A program made the translations under genes and the position numbers. A stretch of DNA of 64,000 nucleotides from an uncultured Bacteroidota bacterium (GTDB taxonomy: Bacteria; Bacteroidota; Bacteroidia; Bacteroidales; WCHB1-69): the NCBI GenBank assembly GCA_902770735.1, contig CACXUB010000001.1:4687-68686 (forward strand), given 5' to 3'. Of the stretch, positions 26,754 to 36,274 are shown piece by piece. The notes beneath the pieces are model-generated. The model saw only the letters and a program-made list of their open reading frames with translations. It was not told the origin of the DNA and made no database searches. Positions within the stretch are counted from its first letter, which is position 1, and each line of letters begins with the position of its first letter.

Positions 26754-29471
26754 ATGAACGAAGATTTATCTCTTTTCAGTGCAGTGAATGAAGATAACGT
26801 AGAGCAGGAGCTGACAGACCAGCAGTTGCAGCAGTCCATGAGCGAACTGATTGCCAACCGCAGTTCGGCCTTGCAGAAATATGCGCATGAGACAGCCGCC
26901 GTCATGCCAGAGCAACACCATGAAGACCCCGTGCAGGAACCTGTGACCTACACCAAGGAGGAAATATTCCAGGACGTGGCCCGCTATTTCGGCGGCGACG
27001 AGCTGGCGGCGGGCGTCTGGATTGACAAATACGCGCTGAAGAATGCCGATGGTCAGCTGGTAGAACGCACGCCGGAAGACATGCACCGTCGCATGGCCCG
27101 CGAGTTCGCCCGCATCGAACGGAGATACGCCAACCCCATGAGCGAGGAGCAGATCTTCAACCTTTTTGACCATTTCAAGTACGTGATCCCGCAAGGCAGC
27201 CCCATGGCCGGCATCGGCAACAAGTACCAGGTGGTCTCCCTTTCCAACTGCTTCGTCATCGGCAACAGCGGCAGCGCGGATTCCTACGGCGGAATCATGA
27301 AAATGGACGAGGAACAGGTGCAGCTGATGAAACGCCGCGGCGGCGTCGGCCATGACATGTCCGACATCCGTCCCTCCGGCAGCCACGTGCAGAACTGCGC
27401 GCAGACCTCCACCGGCATCGTTCCCTTCATGGAACGCTTCTCCAACTCCACCCGCGAGGTGGCGCAGGACGGTCGCAGAGGCGCCCTCATGCTCTCCATC
27501 TCCATCAAACATCCTGATGCAGAACAGTTTATAGATGCAAAAATGACGCAAGGCAAAGTCACCGGAGCCAATGTCTCCGTCAAAGTGGATGATGAATTCA
27601 TGCAAAGCGTCCAAAACCATACCTCTTATACCCAACAATATCCCATCGACAGCGCCGACCCCAAGGTTTCCAAGGAGATTGACGCCAAGAAATTGTGGGA
27701 CAAGATCATCCACAACGCGTGGAAATCCGCCGAACCCGGCGTCCTTTTCTGGGACAACATCCGCAGAGAGTCTATCCCCGACTGTTACAAGGACGAGGGC
27801 TTCGAGACGGTTTCCACCAACCCTTGCGGCGAAATCCCGCTCTGTCCGTACGACAGCTGCCGCCTCATCTCCATGAACCTCTACAGCTACGTCGACAACC
27901 CGTTCACCGACCAAGCCGTCTTCAACATGCCGCGCTTCCGCCAGCATGTGCAGTACGCGCAACGGCTGATGGACGACATCATCGACCTGGAACTCGAGAA
28001 GATCGACGCCATCCTCGCCAAGATTGAGAGCGACCCCGAAAGCGAGTCCGTGAAACGCGTGGAAAAAGAGCTGTGGCTCAAGATCCGCAAGCAGTCGCTG
28101 AAGGGCCGCCGCACCGGACTGGGCATCACCGCCGAAGGCGACATGCTCGCCGCCCTCGGGCTCACCTACGGCACCGACGAGGCCAACGCCTTCTCCACTG
28201 AAGTGCACAAACAACTCGCCCTCGCCGCCTACCGCTCCTCCGTCACCATGGCCAAGGAGCGCGGCGCCTTCCCCATCTACAGCTGCATCAAGGAGGGTCA
28301 CAACCCCTTCATCCAGCGCCTTCGCGACGCCGACCCGAAACTTTACGACGACATGATCCGTTACGGCCGCCGCAACATCGCCCTGCTCACCATCGCCCCG
28401 ACGGGAAGCGTAAGTATTTGTACGCAAACCACTTCTGGCATTGAACCGGCCTTCAACGTAGTCTATAAACGCCGCCGCAAAATCAATCCCAACGACATGG
28501 CCGCCAAGAAAACCGTCGTGAAAGACGCGGTGGGCGACATGTTCGAGGAATACATGGTCTTCCATCACAAATTCGTGGTGTGGGCCGAAACCAAGGGCTA
28601 CACGTTGGAGCAAATGAAACAGATGAGCGAGAAGGAAATCTTCGCGCTCGTGGAACAGTCGCCCTACTACAAAGCCACCGCCGCTGACACCGACTACATC
28701 AAGAAGGTGGAGCTGCAGGGTTCTGTGCAGAAGTGGGTCGATCACAGCATCTCCGTCACCGTCAACCTGCCGTCCACCATCACTGAAGAGGTGGTCGGCG
28801 ACCTCTACATGAAAGCTTGGGAGGTGGGTTGCAAGGGCCTCACCGTCTATCGCGAGGGCTCCCGCGACGGCGTGCTCAACTCCATCGATAAAAAGCCGGA
28901 AGAGCAGAAGGAGAAACCCAAGAATTTCAAACGTCCGAAAGAACTGCATGCCGATGTCATCCATTTCAAGAACAACAACGAGGACTGGGTGGCCTACATC
29001 GGAATCTATGACGGCAAGCCATACGAGATCTTCACCGGCAAGACCGGCGACGAGAGTTTCCTGCTGCCCAAGTGGGTCGATCACGGCACCATCGTGAAGA
29101 ACCGCCACGAGGACGGCACCAAGTCTTACGATTTCATCTATCAGGACAAAGCCGGCTACGAAGTGATCCTGCGCGGTCTGGACCGCTGTTTCGACCAGGA
29201 GTTCTGGAACTACGCCAAGATGACCTCCGCGCTGCTGCGCAACGGCATCCCCGTGAATCACATCGTGAACATCATCTCCGGCCTCAACTTCCGTCAGGAG
29301 AGCATCAACTCGTGGCGCAACGGCGTCTGCCGCGCCCTCAAGAAATTCATCCAGGACGGCACCAAGCAGAAAGGCGTGGAATGTCCCAACTGTCACCAGA
29401 AAGACACCATGGAGTTCAAGGAAGGCTGCCTGACCTGCTCGAACTGCGGTTATGCCAAGTGCGGGAATTAA
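26754..29471 (+). CDS. nrdJ: Ribonucleotide reductase, class II (adenosylcobalamin-dependent)
   Basis: About 905 aa from ATG 26754 (TGAATTTG box 25 nt upstream). Active-site loop STNPCGEIPLCPYDSCRL. C-terminal CPNC...CSNC zinc-ribbon-like tail. Confidence 0.88.
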   Translation: MNEDLSLFSAVNEDNVEQELTDQQLQQSMSELIANRSSALQKYAHETAAVMPEQHHEDPVQEPVTYTKEEIFQDVARYFGGDELAAGVWIDKYALKNADGQLVERTPEDMHRRMAREFARIERRYANPMSEEQIFNLFDHFKYVIPQGSPMAGIGNKYQVVSLSNCFVIGNSGSADSYGGIMKMDEEQVQLMKRRGGVGHDMSDIRPSGSHVQNCAQTSTGIVPFMERFSNSTREVAQDGRRGALMLSISIKHPDAEQFIDAKMTQGKVTGANVSVKVDDEFMQSVQNHTSYTQQYPIDSADPKVSKEIDAKKLWDKIIHNAWKSAEPGVLFWDNIRRESIPDCYKDEGFETVSTNPCGEIPLCPYDSCRLISMNLYSYVDNPFTDQAVFNMPRFRQHVQYAQRLMDDIIDLELEKIDAILAKIESDPESESVKRVEKELWLKIRKQSLKGRRTGLGITAEGDMLAALGLTYGTDEANAFSTEVHKQLALAAYRSSVTMAKERGAFPIYSCIKEGHNPFIQRLRDADPKLYDDMIRYGRRNIALLTIAPTGSVSICTQTTSGIEPAFNVVYKRRRKINPNDMAAKKTVVKDAVGDMFEEYMVFHHKFVVWAETKGYTLEQMKQMSEKEIFALVEQSPYYKATAADTDYIKKVELQGSVQKWVDHSISVTVNLPSTITEEVVGDLYMKAWEVGCKGLTVYREGSRDGVLNSIDKKPEEQKEKPKNFKRPKELHADVIHFKNNNEDWVAYIGIYDGKPYEIFTGKTGDESFLLPKWVDHGTIVKNRHEDGTKSYDFIYQDKAGYEVILRGLDRCFDQEFWNYAKMTSALLRNGIPVNHIVNIISGLNFRQESINSWRNGVCRALKKFIQDGTKQKGVECPNCHQKDTMEFKEGCLTCSNCGYAKCGN

Positions 29472-29481
29472 GACGTGAAAA

Positions 29482-29507
29482 TTAACCTTTAACCCTTAAC
29501 CTTTAAA
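29482..29507. repeat. Oligomer array (TTAACCY)n abutting the next start codon
   Basis: ttaacctttaacccttaacctttaaa, immediately followed by ATG 29508. Confidence 0.85.
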
Positions 29508-30263
29508 ATGTCAGAAGAGCAACAGAAGGTTTTTTTATACGTTCCATGCCAAATGGACCTGTTCCAGGCGGAGACGGTCACCAGTGTGATCACGGTGCTG
29601 GACCGGCTGGGGCTGTTTTGCCATTATGACCCGGAGAGTACCTGTTGCGGCCGCCGTTTCTTCATGGAAGGGGAAATACAATATGCCAAAGATCTTGGCT
29701 ATCAGGTCATCCACTCCTATACGGAATATTGCGATCTTCACAGCAAGAAGTTCCCGGTGGTCGTCCCTGACGCGGCCTGCGCGGGCTTCATGCGCAGCCA
29801 TTTCGACATGATTCTGAAGAACGCCACGTTGCCCAGCGAACTGAACAATTTCGTCGGGAACTTGTACGAACTTTGCGATTTCATCGTCAATGTTTTGAAT
29901 GTGAATTATTTAAATAATGTTTTCCCTCACCGCGTCTTCTATTTCAAATCGTGTGCGGCCAAACATCTCTATCCCGAAAACAATGCTCCTGAGACATTGC
30001 TTCGAAACACGAAAGGGCTGGATTTAATTGAAGACACGGAAGAAAAAAACTGTTGTTGCGGCGCCAACGGGCGTTTTGCCATGCTCAATCCTGACACGGC
30101 GGAAAAGATGACGGGTTCCATTATGGCCCGCGCCTACGAAAAGGGGGCGGAATACATCACTTCCACCGACATTCACTGTCTTCAGCTCATGGACGCCTAT
30201 AAGCAGCAGCACGGCGTGGATATCGACATCATCCACATCGCTGATATTCTCCGCGGCGAATGA
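29508..30263 (+). CDS. (Fe-S)-binding CCG-domain protein, LutA/GlpC-like
   Basis: Two Cys-rich CCG-type modules (VPCQMD...TCCGRRF; FKSCAAKH...NCCCGANG). No lutB/lutC are adjacent. Confidence 0.72.
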   Translation: MSEEQQKVFLYVPCQMDLFQAETVTSVITVLDRLGLFCHYDPESTCCGRRFFMEGEIQYAKDLGYQVIHSYTEYCDLHSKKFPVVVPDAACAGFMRSHFDMILKNATLPSELNNFVGNLYELCDFIVNVLNVNYLNNVFPHRVFYFKSCAAKHLYPENNAPETLLRNTKGLDLIEDTEEKNCCCGANGRFAMLNPDTAEKMTGSIMARAYEKGAEYITSTDIHCLQLMDAYKQQHGVDIDIIHIADILRGE

Positions 30264-30272
30264 TGATGTACA

Positions 30273-30357
30273 ATTAAGAATTAAGAATTAAGAATTAAGA
30301 ATGAAGAATTAATGATACTGATCACTAATCACTAATCACTGATCACTAATCACTAAT
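30273..30357. repeat. Two adjacent heptamer arrays, (AATTAAG)n then (ATCACTR)n
   Basis: aattaagaattaagaattaagaattaagaatgaagaattaatga ... ctgatcactaatcactaatcactgatcactaatcactaat. Confidence 0.9.
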
Positions 30358-30389
30358 AAACAATAGAGTCACAAATAAAAAATAAGAAT

Positions 30390-31586
30390 ATGAAGATATT
30401 AGTACTTAACTGCGGAAGTTCCTCCATCAAATACCAATTGTTGGAGATGGAGCCGCAACCTGAATTGTTGGCAAAAGGTTTGGTCGAGCGTGTCGGCTTG
30501 GAAATGGGCGAGTTCACCCACAAGCCCGTCGGCAAGGAAAAATGCTACGTGCAGACCCCTATCCCCACCCATGAGGAAGGTATCAAGTTGGTTCTTAACA
30601 TGTTGACCGATCCCGAGCACGGCGTCATCAAATCCCTTGACGAAATCGGCGCGGTCGGTCACCGTGTGGCCCACGGCGGTGAATATTTCAAGAAGAGCTG
30701 TGTCATCGGCGACAAAGAGCGCGAGGAAATCGCCAAACTGTGCGCCTTGGCTCCGCTGCACAACCCCGCCAGCCTCACCGGCATCGACGCGATGAAGAAA
30801 CTGCTTCCCAACGTGAAGCACGTCGGCGTGTTCGACACTTCCTTCCACCAGACCATGCCTTCGGAAGCATTCCTCTACGCACTGCCTTACGAATATTATA
30901 CCGAAAAGAAAATCCGCAGATACGGCTTCCACGGCACGAGCCACAAGTATGTGGGTCCGAAAGCCGCTGAACTGGCCGGTGTCCCCTACGAGAACTCCAA
31001 GATCGTGAGCTGTCACCTCGGCAACGGCGCTTCCATCTGCGCTATCAAGAACGGTAAATCCATCGACACCTCCATGGGCTTCACCCCGGTCGAGGGTCTC
31101 GTGATGGGTACCCGCGTGGGCGACATCGACGCCGGCGCGCTGCTTTACATCATGGATAACGAAGGCTTGAATACCAAGGAGATGAACACCCTCATCAACA
31201 AGAAGAGCGGTCTGTTGGGCATTTCCGGCAAGAGCGTTGATATGCGTGACATCCGCGCGGGCCGCGATGCCGGCGACGAGCGCAGCACCGACGCCTTCAA
31301 CATGTTTGCCTATCGCGTGCGCAAGTACATCGGCGCGTATGCGGCAGCCATGGGCGGTGTGGACGTCATCCTTTTCACCGGCGGCATCGGCGAGAACGCT
31401 TGGTTCCAGCGCGAGAAGATTTGTGAGAACCTCGAATGGCTCGGCGCGAAACTCGACCCCGAGGCCAACCAGAAATACTGCGGCGAAGACGGCATCATCT
31501 CCACGCCTGACTCCACCACGAAACTCGTGGTCGTGACCACCAACGAAGAATTAGTGATTGCAACGGATACGTATAATCTGCTGTAA
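30390..31586 (+). CDS. ackA: Acetate kinase
   Basis: 398 aa. MKILVLNCGSSSIKYQL and full-length AckA features. Confidence 0.93.
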   Translation: MKILVLNCGSSSIKYQLLEMEPQPELLAKGLVERVGLEMGEFTHKPVGKEKCYVQTPIPTHEEGIKLVLNMLTDPEHGVIKSLDEIGAVGHRVAHGGEYFKKSCVIGDKEREEIAKLCALAPLHNPASLTGIDAMKKLLPNVKHVGVFDTSFHQTMPSEAFLYALPYEYYTEKKIRRYGFHGTSHKYVGPKAAELAGVPYENSKIVSCHLGNGASICAIKNGKSIDTSMGFTPVEGLVMGTRVGDIDAGALLYIMDNEGLNTKEMNTLINKKSGLLGISGKSVDMRDIRAGRDAGDERSTDAFNMFAYRVRKYIGAYAAAMGGVDVILFTGGIGENAWFQREKICENLEWLGAKLDPEANQKYCGEDGIISTPDSTTKLVVVTTNEELVIATDTYNLL

Positions 31587-31603
31587 AACAAATAATTGCA
31601 AAT

Positions 31604-31646
31604 AAAAAAGCAGCCGACCTGATTTCCAAGTCGGCTGCTTTTTTTT
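31604..31646. terminator. Bidirectional intrinsic terminator
   Basis: A-run + gcagccgac ... gtcggctgc + T8, between convergent ackA and the small membrane gene. Confidence 0.8.
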
Positions 31647-31662
31647 GCGATGAATGAACTTC

Positions 31663-31974
31663 CTACAGCAGGAATTGCGCCGCCAAGAAGACAATGGCAC
31701 AGACGAAGCAGGCGATAATGATACCGCGGCCTGTCTTGTCAAATTTCAGCTTCAGCAGATAATAGCGCAGGATGAAAAGGTTGGGAATCATCGCAAGAAG
31801 GATGAACTTCGGAACCAAAACTTTCGTGAGTTTGGGATTATTGACCAGCATTTGCGGGTTGCCGTTCAAAACCAGCGCATAAATCCCGTAGATGATGCCG
31901 AAAATCACCACGGGGATAACAATTCCCATAATCACTCCTACCGCATAGGAGTCCCTTCTGAGTTTCTCCATCAT
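31663..31974 (-). CDS. Small hypothetical membrane protein (about 104 aa, 3 TM)
   Basis: ORF trimmed to MMEKLRRDSY. Its ATG overlaps the surE TGA (ATGATG). Three hydrophobic helices. Confidence 0.55.
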   Translation of the reverse strand: MMEKLRRDSYAVGVIMGIVIPVVIFGIIYGIYALVLNGNPQMLVNNPKLTKVLVPKFILLAMIPNLFILRYYLLKLKFDKTGRGIIIACFVCAIVFLAAQFLL

Positions 31975-32744
31975 AATTCCAAATGTTTTAGTGATTCCAT
32001 ATATTGATAGGCTGTCAAGTCGTATTGCACCGGCTGAATGGAGACGTAGTTGTGTTGCAGCGCCCATTCGCAGGTGTCGTCCTCCTGTTCCAGCCGCTCT
32101 AACCAGCCAGTCAGCCAGTAGTATTTGCGCCCGTAGGGGTCGGTGCGCTCCTGCAGATCCTCATGCCAGGTAGCGTGGCACTGCCGCGTGATGCGGATGC
32201 CCTTGATTTCTTCCACCGGTACTTTCGGAAAGTTGACGTTCAGGCAGATATGGGGCGGAAGACCCTTTTCCAGCACCTTTTCCACAATCGGACGGCCGTA
32301 GTGGACCGCAGCGGTGAAGTCCGCGTCGGGCATATAGTCCAGCAGCGAAAGTCCCACGGCGGGAATGTTGTCGAAAGCAGCTTCGATGGCCGCGGCCATC
32401 GTGCCGGAATAGATCAGGCTCACTGAAGAGTTGGACCCGTGGTTGATGCCCGACAACACCAAATCGATTTTGCGGTCGCGCAACACCACCTTCTCGCCCA
32501 ATTTCACGCAATCCACCGGCGTGCCGTTGGTCTTGTAGTAGGCGACCCCGTCCTCGTTCTTGTAGTTGGTCAGCCGCAGCGGCTCGCCCATCGTGATCGC
32601 GTGTCCCATACCGGAACGCGTGCGGTCGGGGACCACCACCGCCACTTCACCCAACGGTTTGGCAATCGACACCATCGCCTCCAAACCTTTGGCTTCGTAG
32701 CCGTCGTCGTTGACAATCAGAATTAACGGTCTGCTCTCTGCCAT
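31971..32744 (-). CDS. surE: 5'/3'-nucleotidase SurE
   Basis: MAESRPLILIVNDDGYEAKGL...SGINHGSN. Confidence 0.92.
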   Translation of the reverse strand: MAESRPLILIVNDDGYEAKGLEAMVSIAKPLGEVAVVVPDRTRSGMGHAITMGEPLRLTNYKNEDGVAYYKTNGTPVDCVKLGEKVVLRDRKIDLVLSGINHGSNSSVSLIYSGTMAAAIEAAFDNIPAVGLSLLDYMPDADFTAAVHYGRPIVEKVLEKGLPPHICLNVNFPKVPVEEIKGIRITRQCHATWHEDLQERTDPYGRKYYWLTGWLERLEQEDDTCEWALQHNYVSIQPVQYDLTAYQYMESLKHLEL

Positions 32745-32746
32745 AA

Positions 32747-35700
32747 TTATTTCTTGATGATCTTGGCAACCTGAACTTGATGTTCGCGGTTTTCAATTTT
32801 CAGAATGTAAACACCTGATACATAATTTCTTACATCAATTTCTGCAAGATTGTCCGTCAGACGGCCGCCTTGCAGCAACTTGCCGTTCAGCGTGAACAGC
32901 TGGTAGGTGTAATCTTGGTTTTCCGTGCCGTCGCCAAGTTGCACATGCAGTACATCCGTGGCGGGATTCGGCCATACCCGGAACATGGCGGCCTCTTGCG
33001 AAATCTCTTCGATGCCCACGGGATTGTTGATTTGGCCACTGGGGAAGGAGATGTCGTCAAGGTAAGCGCAGTCGCTGCCGTCGCTGCCCCAGTAGTCCTT
33101 GGAATAGGTCCAGGTGTAGGTATGCATGCCCGAATCCACGGGGAAGGAGGCGCAGGTCCACGGGATACTGCCGCTCCATTCACCCATATTTTGGTTGTCA
33201 ATCTTGAAGGTCAGTTTGTCATAACCCTCCTCACTGGAGACTTTGTAGAAGAAGGAGATACTGTCGTTAACCGTGGCAAGCGTGGTTATACGCAGCATGG
33301 TGTTGGCGTTGCCGCCGATATGTCCCGACTTCACGCAAAATGCACCTGAATGCGGTGATTGGCTGACAGCGGTCCAGGGAATGGAGGAGTTGTTCTGCCA
33401 GTCCATGTTGGTGAAATTCCCGGTTTCCCAGTCTTCCACCACAGCCCCGATCTTGATGGGGAACACAGCGGAGGCATGGAAGAAATTCACCCAGAGACTG
33501 GCTTTCAGGAACGTGATGGTCGGCGTTTGGATGTAGCTGGGAGCGGAGACCGGAACAGTGACCGTCACGGAACCGTTGACATCGATGGGTGCGAAAAGGA
33601 TGGAGTCGGTTTGCAGAATCAGTTCTTCGCCGGGATTGAAGAAGAAGATGTTTCCGCCGATAATCGGCATATTGCCCGTGTTGGTGATGGTGATCTTGCA
33701 GTCGAAGGACTCGTTGTAGTCGGCGCGGTGGTTGCCGTTGCCCGACTGGGTGTCGTCAATCGTCATGGAGGTGATTTTCAAAATCGGTGCATACAGTTTC
33801 AACGATTTTTTCTGCACGATGGTGTCGTTGTTTAAGATGATTTCCATCTTGATGATCGCGTTGTGATTGGCGGGCACCACATCGGCCACCTTGAAGGCGA
33901 AAGTAGGAGGTGCGGCCAACGTGTCGTGCGAAGCCAGCGAGGGAATTGTCAAAACACTGTTGTTCAGCGTGATATATTCATCATCCGTGAAAAGATTGAT
34001 TTTGATGTTGGAAGCGGCCTGGTTGCCGATATTGACGATTGTCGGGGTGACCTTCATAGTCTTTCCGAACTCGGGCAGATTGTTGGTGCGGTTGTTCACG
34101 AAAGGCACAACCTGGTCGGTCAAGGCGATGTCACCGACAATCACGTAAGGTCCATTGTTGGGGATGAACGCAATCGTGCCATCGTAAGGCAGGTAGTTGG
34201 GGGCCGTGGCAAGAACCCGGAGCGTGTCGGTCGGGAGGTAGGTGTTGTCAAACGTGATCGTGAACTCGCCGTTCGTGATTTGTCCCGACGCCAAAATTTC
34301 GCCACCGTGGGTGACGGTGATTTTCGCGCCCTCCACAGCTGAGGAGAAGGTGATGGACGGCACGCCGACAGGGACAATGTCGTTATAGGTTACCTCAAGC
34401 TGCTCGGGAACTGCGGTGCGCACCTGAAGCGTCGGGTCGCCGAAGAGAATCCAGGTGCGGAAGACTTCCACATCGTTGTAGTTGTCCAGCATTTTGATCA
34501 TTCCGTTGAAGAAAATGCCGCCGAAGGTGAATTTTTTCTGTGCCGGATTGGTGCCGACGAGCAGGTCGATCATAGCGTCTTGGGCGCACATCGGCGAGTT
34601 CCACGGCTGGTTGATGGTGGAACCGGTCATGCCGACGGCACCGGTCGGGTTGCCCTGATGTGTGGCCCGCAGCCAAGCTTCCGCGAAGCAGGTGCCCGTG
34701 TGGTATTCTCCGTTCACACAGGCGACGGAAAGGATAAACGGCAGCTTCCCGACATTTGTCAACGAATTGACATTGGAGTTGTTGAAGCTGGTCGTCACCC
34801 ACATCTGCACGTCGCCGTGGCCGCAATAGCTGATGATGCCCACGCCGCTGTTCACTGCGGTGCTCACCATAGACGCTGTCGGGTTGCCGGAAGCGTCCAG
34901 ACCGCCTTGGCTGCCCTCAAACAACTCATAACCAGATGTATAGGTGTAATTCTGCAACTTGTTGTCAATGTTGCGGATATGCTGGTAGTCGTATTCGTTG
35001 TTGTCACCAGGACCCTGGTTGGAGGCGATGCCTAAGAACGACGGGAAATGGGAGGTTTCCGACGGATTTTGCTCATATTCGATGAAACGACGGACCTGTG
35101 TCTCCAATTGCGTCACCGTTTCGGCAGAAAGTTTGCCCAAAATGATGTCAGGATAGGAGTCGTTGCCGGCGATTTCCGTGAAATAGTTGTCGGATTTGTT
35201 GCCGCTGACAGTGGGGGTGGGGAATTGGGAGTTGTCGCCCACGATGAGCACAAAAGCCAAGTTATGCTCGTTGTAATAGTTTGAAATATAAGTCTTTATA
35301 GAGTTAGCGTTGTTTCCGGCGGCGGCCACAGTGACCATCTCCACCTTGAAGCCGTTGCGGGTTTTCCAATCGGCGTAGGGTTGCAACGTTTCCATGAAGT
35401 TTTCGGGGGCGATGATGAGAATCTCACCTTCCTCGACCACAGGAGTGCTGCGCAACTGATTGTAGTTCAGGAATTGATAAGCATATACGGCATCGAAAGT
35501 GCGGTTGTTCTTCTGGGCGGCGACAAACGAGCGGCCGCTGTTGAAGCGCACCTTGACGGTCACGGATGAGTAGGCTTTCAGCATCTTGGCGACAGGGTTG
35601 TAGTCGAAGGGATAAACCTTGACGCTGACCCCGTGGAAGTCGCGCAACTGGTACGTGCCGCCGATTTCCGCCGCATGACCGTCCAACAGATACTGGGAAG

Positions 35701-36094
35701 TCTGATAATCAGCGCTTTTCGTATATGGGACGTTGTCCGGATTCACGTTGCGGTAGAGTTTTCCCTTAGAGGGCGCAAGTGCGAAATTCGGGATTTCAAC
35801 GAACTGAGCGTCAATCAGTTCTGCTTCCGGTTGACTGCCCTCCGGAATGATGAGGGAGAAGGCGGTCAGCAGCATTTCGGGACTGCCCGCTTTCAGCACG
35901 GGATAGGCTTCCGACATGTGCAATTTCTGCATTTCTTCCCCGTTAACGGTCACTGTTTCAGTGTGGTAGGTGCCGAAATCGACACGCACCACCGCTTCGT
36001 TCTGGTTGGAACTGAGCAGGGTGTAGTTGATGTTTTGCGCCTGGATGAGTGAGATTCCAAGCAGGATGAAGATGATTGTTGTGAGTTTTTTCAT
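32747..36094 (-). CDS. C25 (gingipain-like) cysteine peptidase with propeptide, MAM-like domain and T9SS type-A C-terminal sorting domain
   Basis: Catalytic contexts ISYCGHGD and LSVACVNGEY. N-terminal propeptide-like ...VKVYPFDYNP... C-terminus ...VWPNPATDVLHVQL...VSGVYILKIEN... Confidence 0.8.
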   Translation of the reverse strand: MKKLTTIIFILLGISLIQAQNINYTLLSSNQNEAVVRVDFGTYHTETVTVNGEEMQKLHMSEAYPVLKAGSPEMLLTAFSLIIPEGSQPEAELIDAQFVEIPNFALAPSKGKLYRNVNPDNVPYTKSADYQTSQYLLDGHAAEIGGTYQLRDFHGVSVKVYPFDYNPVAKMLKAYSSVTVKVRFNSGRSFVAAQKNNRTFDAVYAYQFLNYNQLRSTPVVEEGEILIIAPENFMETLQPYADWKTRNGFKVEMVTVAAAGNNANSIKTYISNYYNEHNLAFVLIVGDNSQFPTPTVSGNKSDNYFTEIAGNDSYPDIILGKLSAETVTQLETQVRRFIEYEQNPSETSHFPSFLGIASNQGPGDNNEYDYQHIRNIDNKLQNYTYTSGYELFEGSQGGLDASGNPTASMVSTAVNSGVGIISYCGHGDVQMWVTTSFNNSNVNSLTNVGKLPFILSVACVNGEYHTGTCFAEAWLRATHQGNPTGAVGMTGSTINQPWNSPMCAQDAMIDLLVGTNPAQKKFTFGGIFFNGMIKMLDNYNDVEVFRTWILFGDPTLQVRTAVPEQLEVTYNDIVPVGVPSITFSSAVEGAKITVTHGGEILASGQITNGEFTITFDNTYLPTDTLRVLATAPNYLPYDGTIAFIPNNGPYVIVGDIALTDQVVPFVNNRTNNLPEFGKTMKVTPTIVNIGNQAASNIKINLFTDDEYITLNNSVLTIPSLASHDTLAAPPTFAFKVADVVPANHNAIIKMEIILNNDTIVQKKSLKLYAPILKITSMTIDDTQSGNGNHRADYNESFDCKITITNTGNMPIIGGNIFFFNPGEELILQTDSILFAPIDVNGSVTVTVPVSAPSYIQTPTITFLKASLWVNFFHASAVFPIKIGAVVEDWETGNFTNMDWQNNSSIPWTAVSQSPHSGAFCVKSGHIGGNANTMLRITTLATVNDSISFFYKVSSEEGYDKLTFKIDNQNMGEWSGSIPWTCASFPVDSGMHTYTWTYSKDYWGSDGSDCAYLDDISFPSGQINNPVGIEEISQEAAMFRVWPNPATDVLHVQLGDGTENQDYTYQLFTLNGKLLQGGRLTDNLAEIDVRNYVSGVYILKIENREHQVQVAKIIKK

Positions 36095-36105
36095 TTTTTC
36101 TGTTT

Positions 36106-36240
36106 TTATCCAGGGCTTACTATCGTTTACACTGGGTTGACATTATTTTTCTGATTATCCCAGGGCTCGCTGTCGCTATACTGGGTTGGCTTATTCTCTC
36201 TGATTATCCCAGGGCTCGCTATCGCTCACCCTGGGTTGAC
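36106..36240. repeat. Three tandem ~49-nt units, each a CCCAGGG...CCCTGGG hairpin
   Basis: ttatcc(c)agggct(c/t)(g/a)ct.tcg.t.a(c)(a/c)ctgggttg(a/g)c + spacer, with units starting about 36106, 36155 and 36204. Confidence 0.88.
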
Positions 36241-36274
36241 ACGTGTCGGGCTTGCAGCCCTTTTGGAAGGATAT

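Noticed and set aside
32747-36094. Considered calling the 1115-aa C25 protein the T9SS sortase PorU.
   Set aside because: It has a gingipain-type propeptide and a canonical type-A CTD and lacks an adjacent porV. The catalytic contexts (YCGHGD / SVACVNG) look like gingipain-type cargo rather than PorU as I remember it. An HMM comparison is needed to be sure.
36106-36240. Considered whether the 49-nt tandem units, or any oligomer array, could be a CRISPR array.
   Set aside because: There are only three units, with no unique spacers of 25-40 nt between identical repeats, and no cas genes in the window. The short arrays have units of 6-8 nt.
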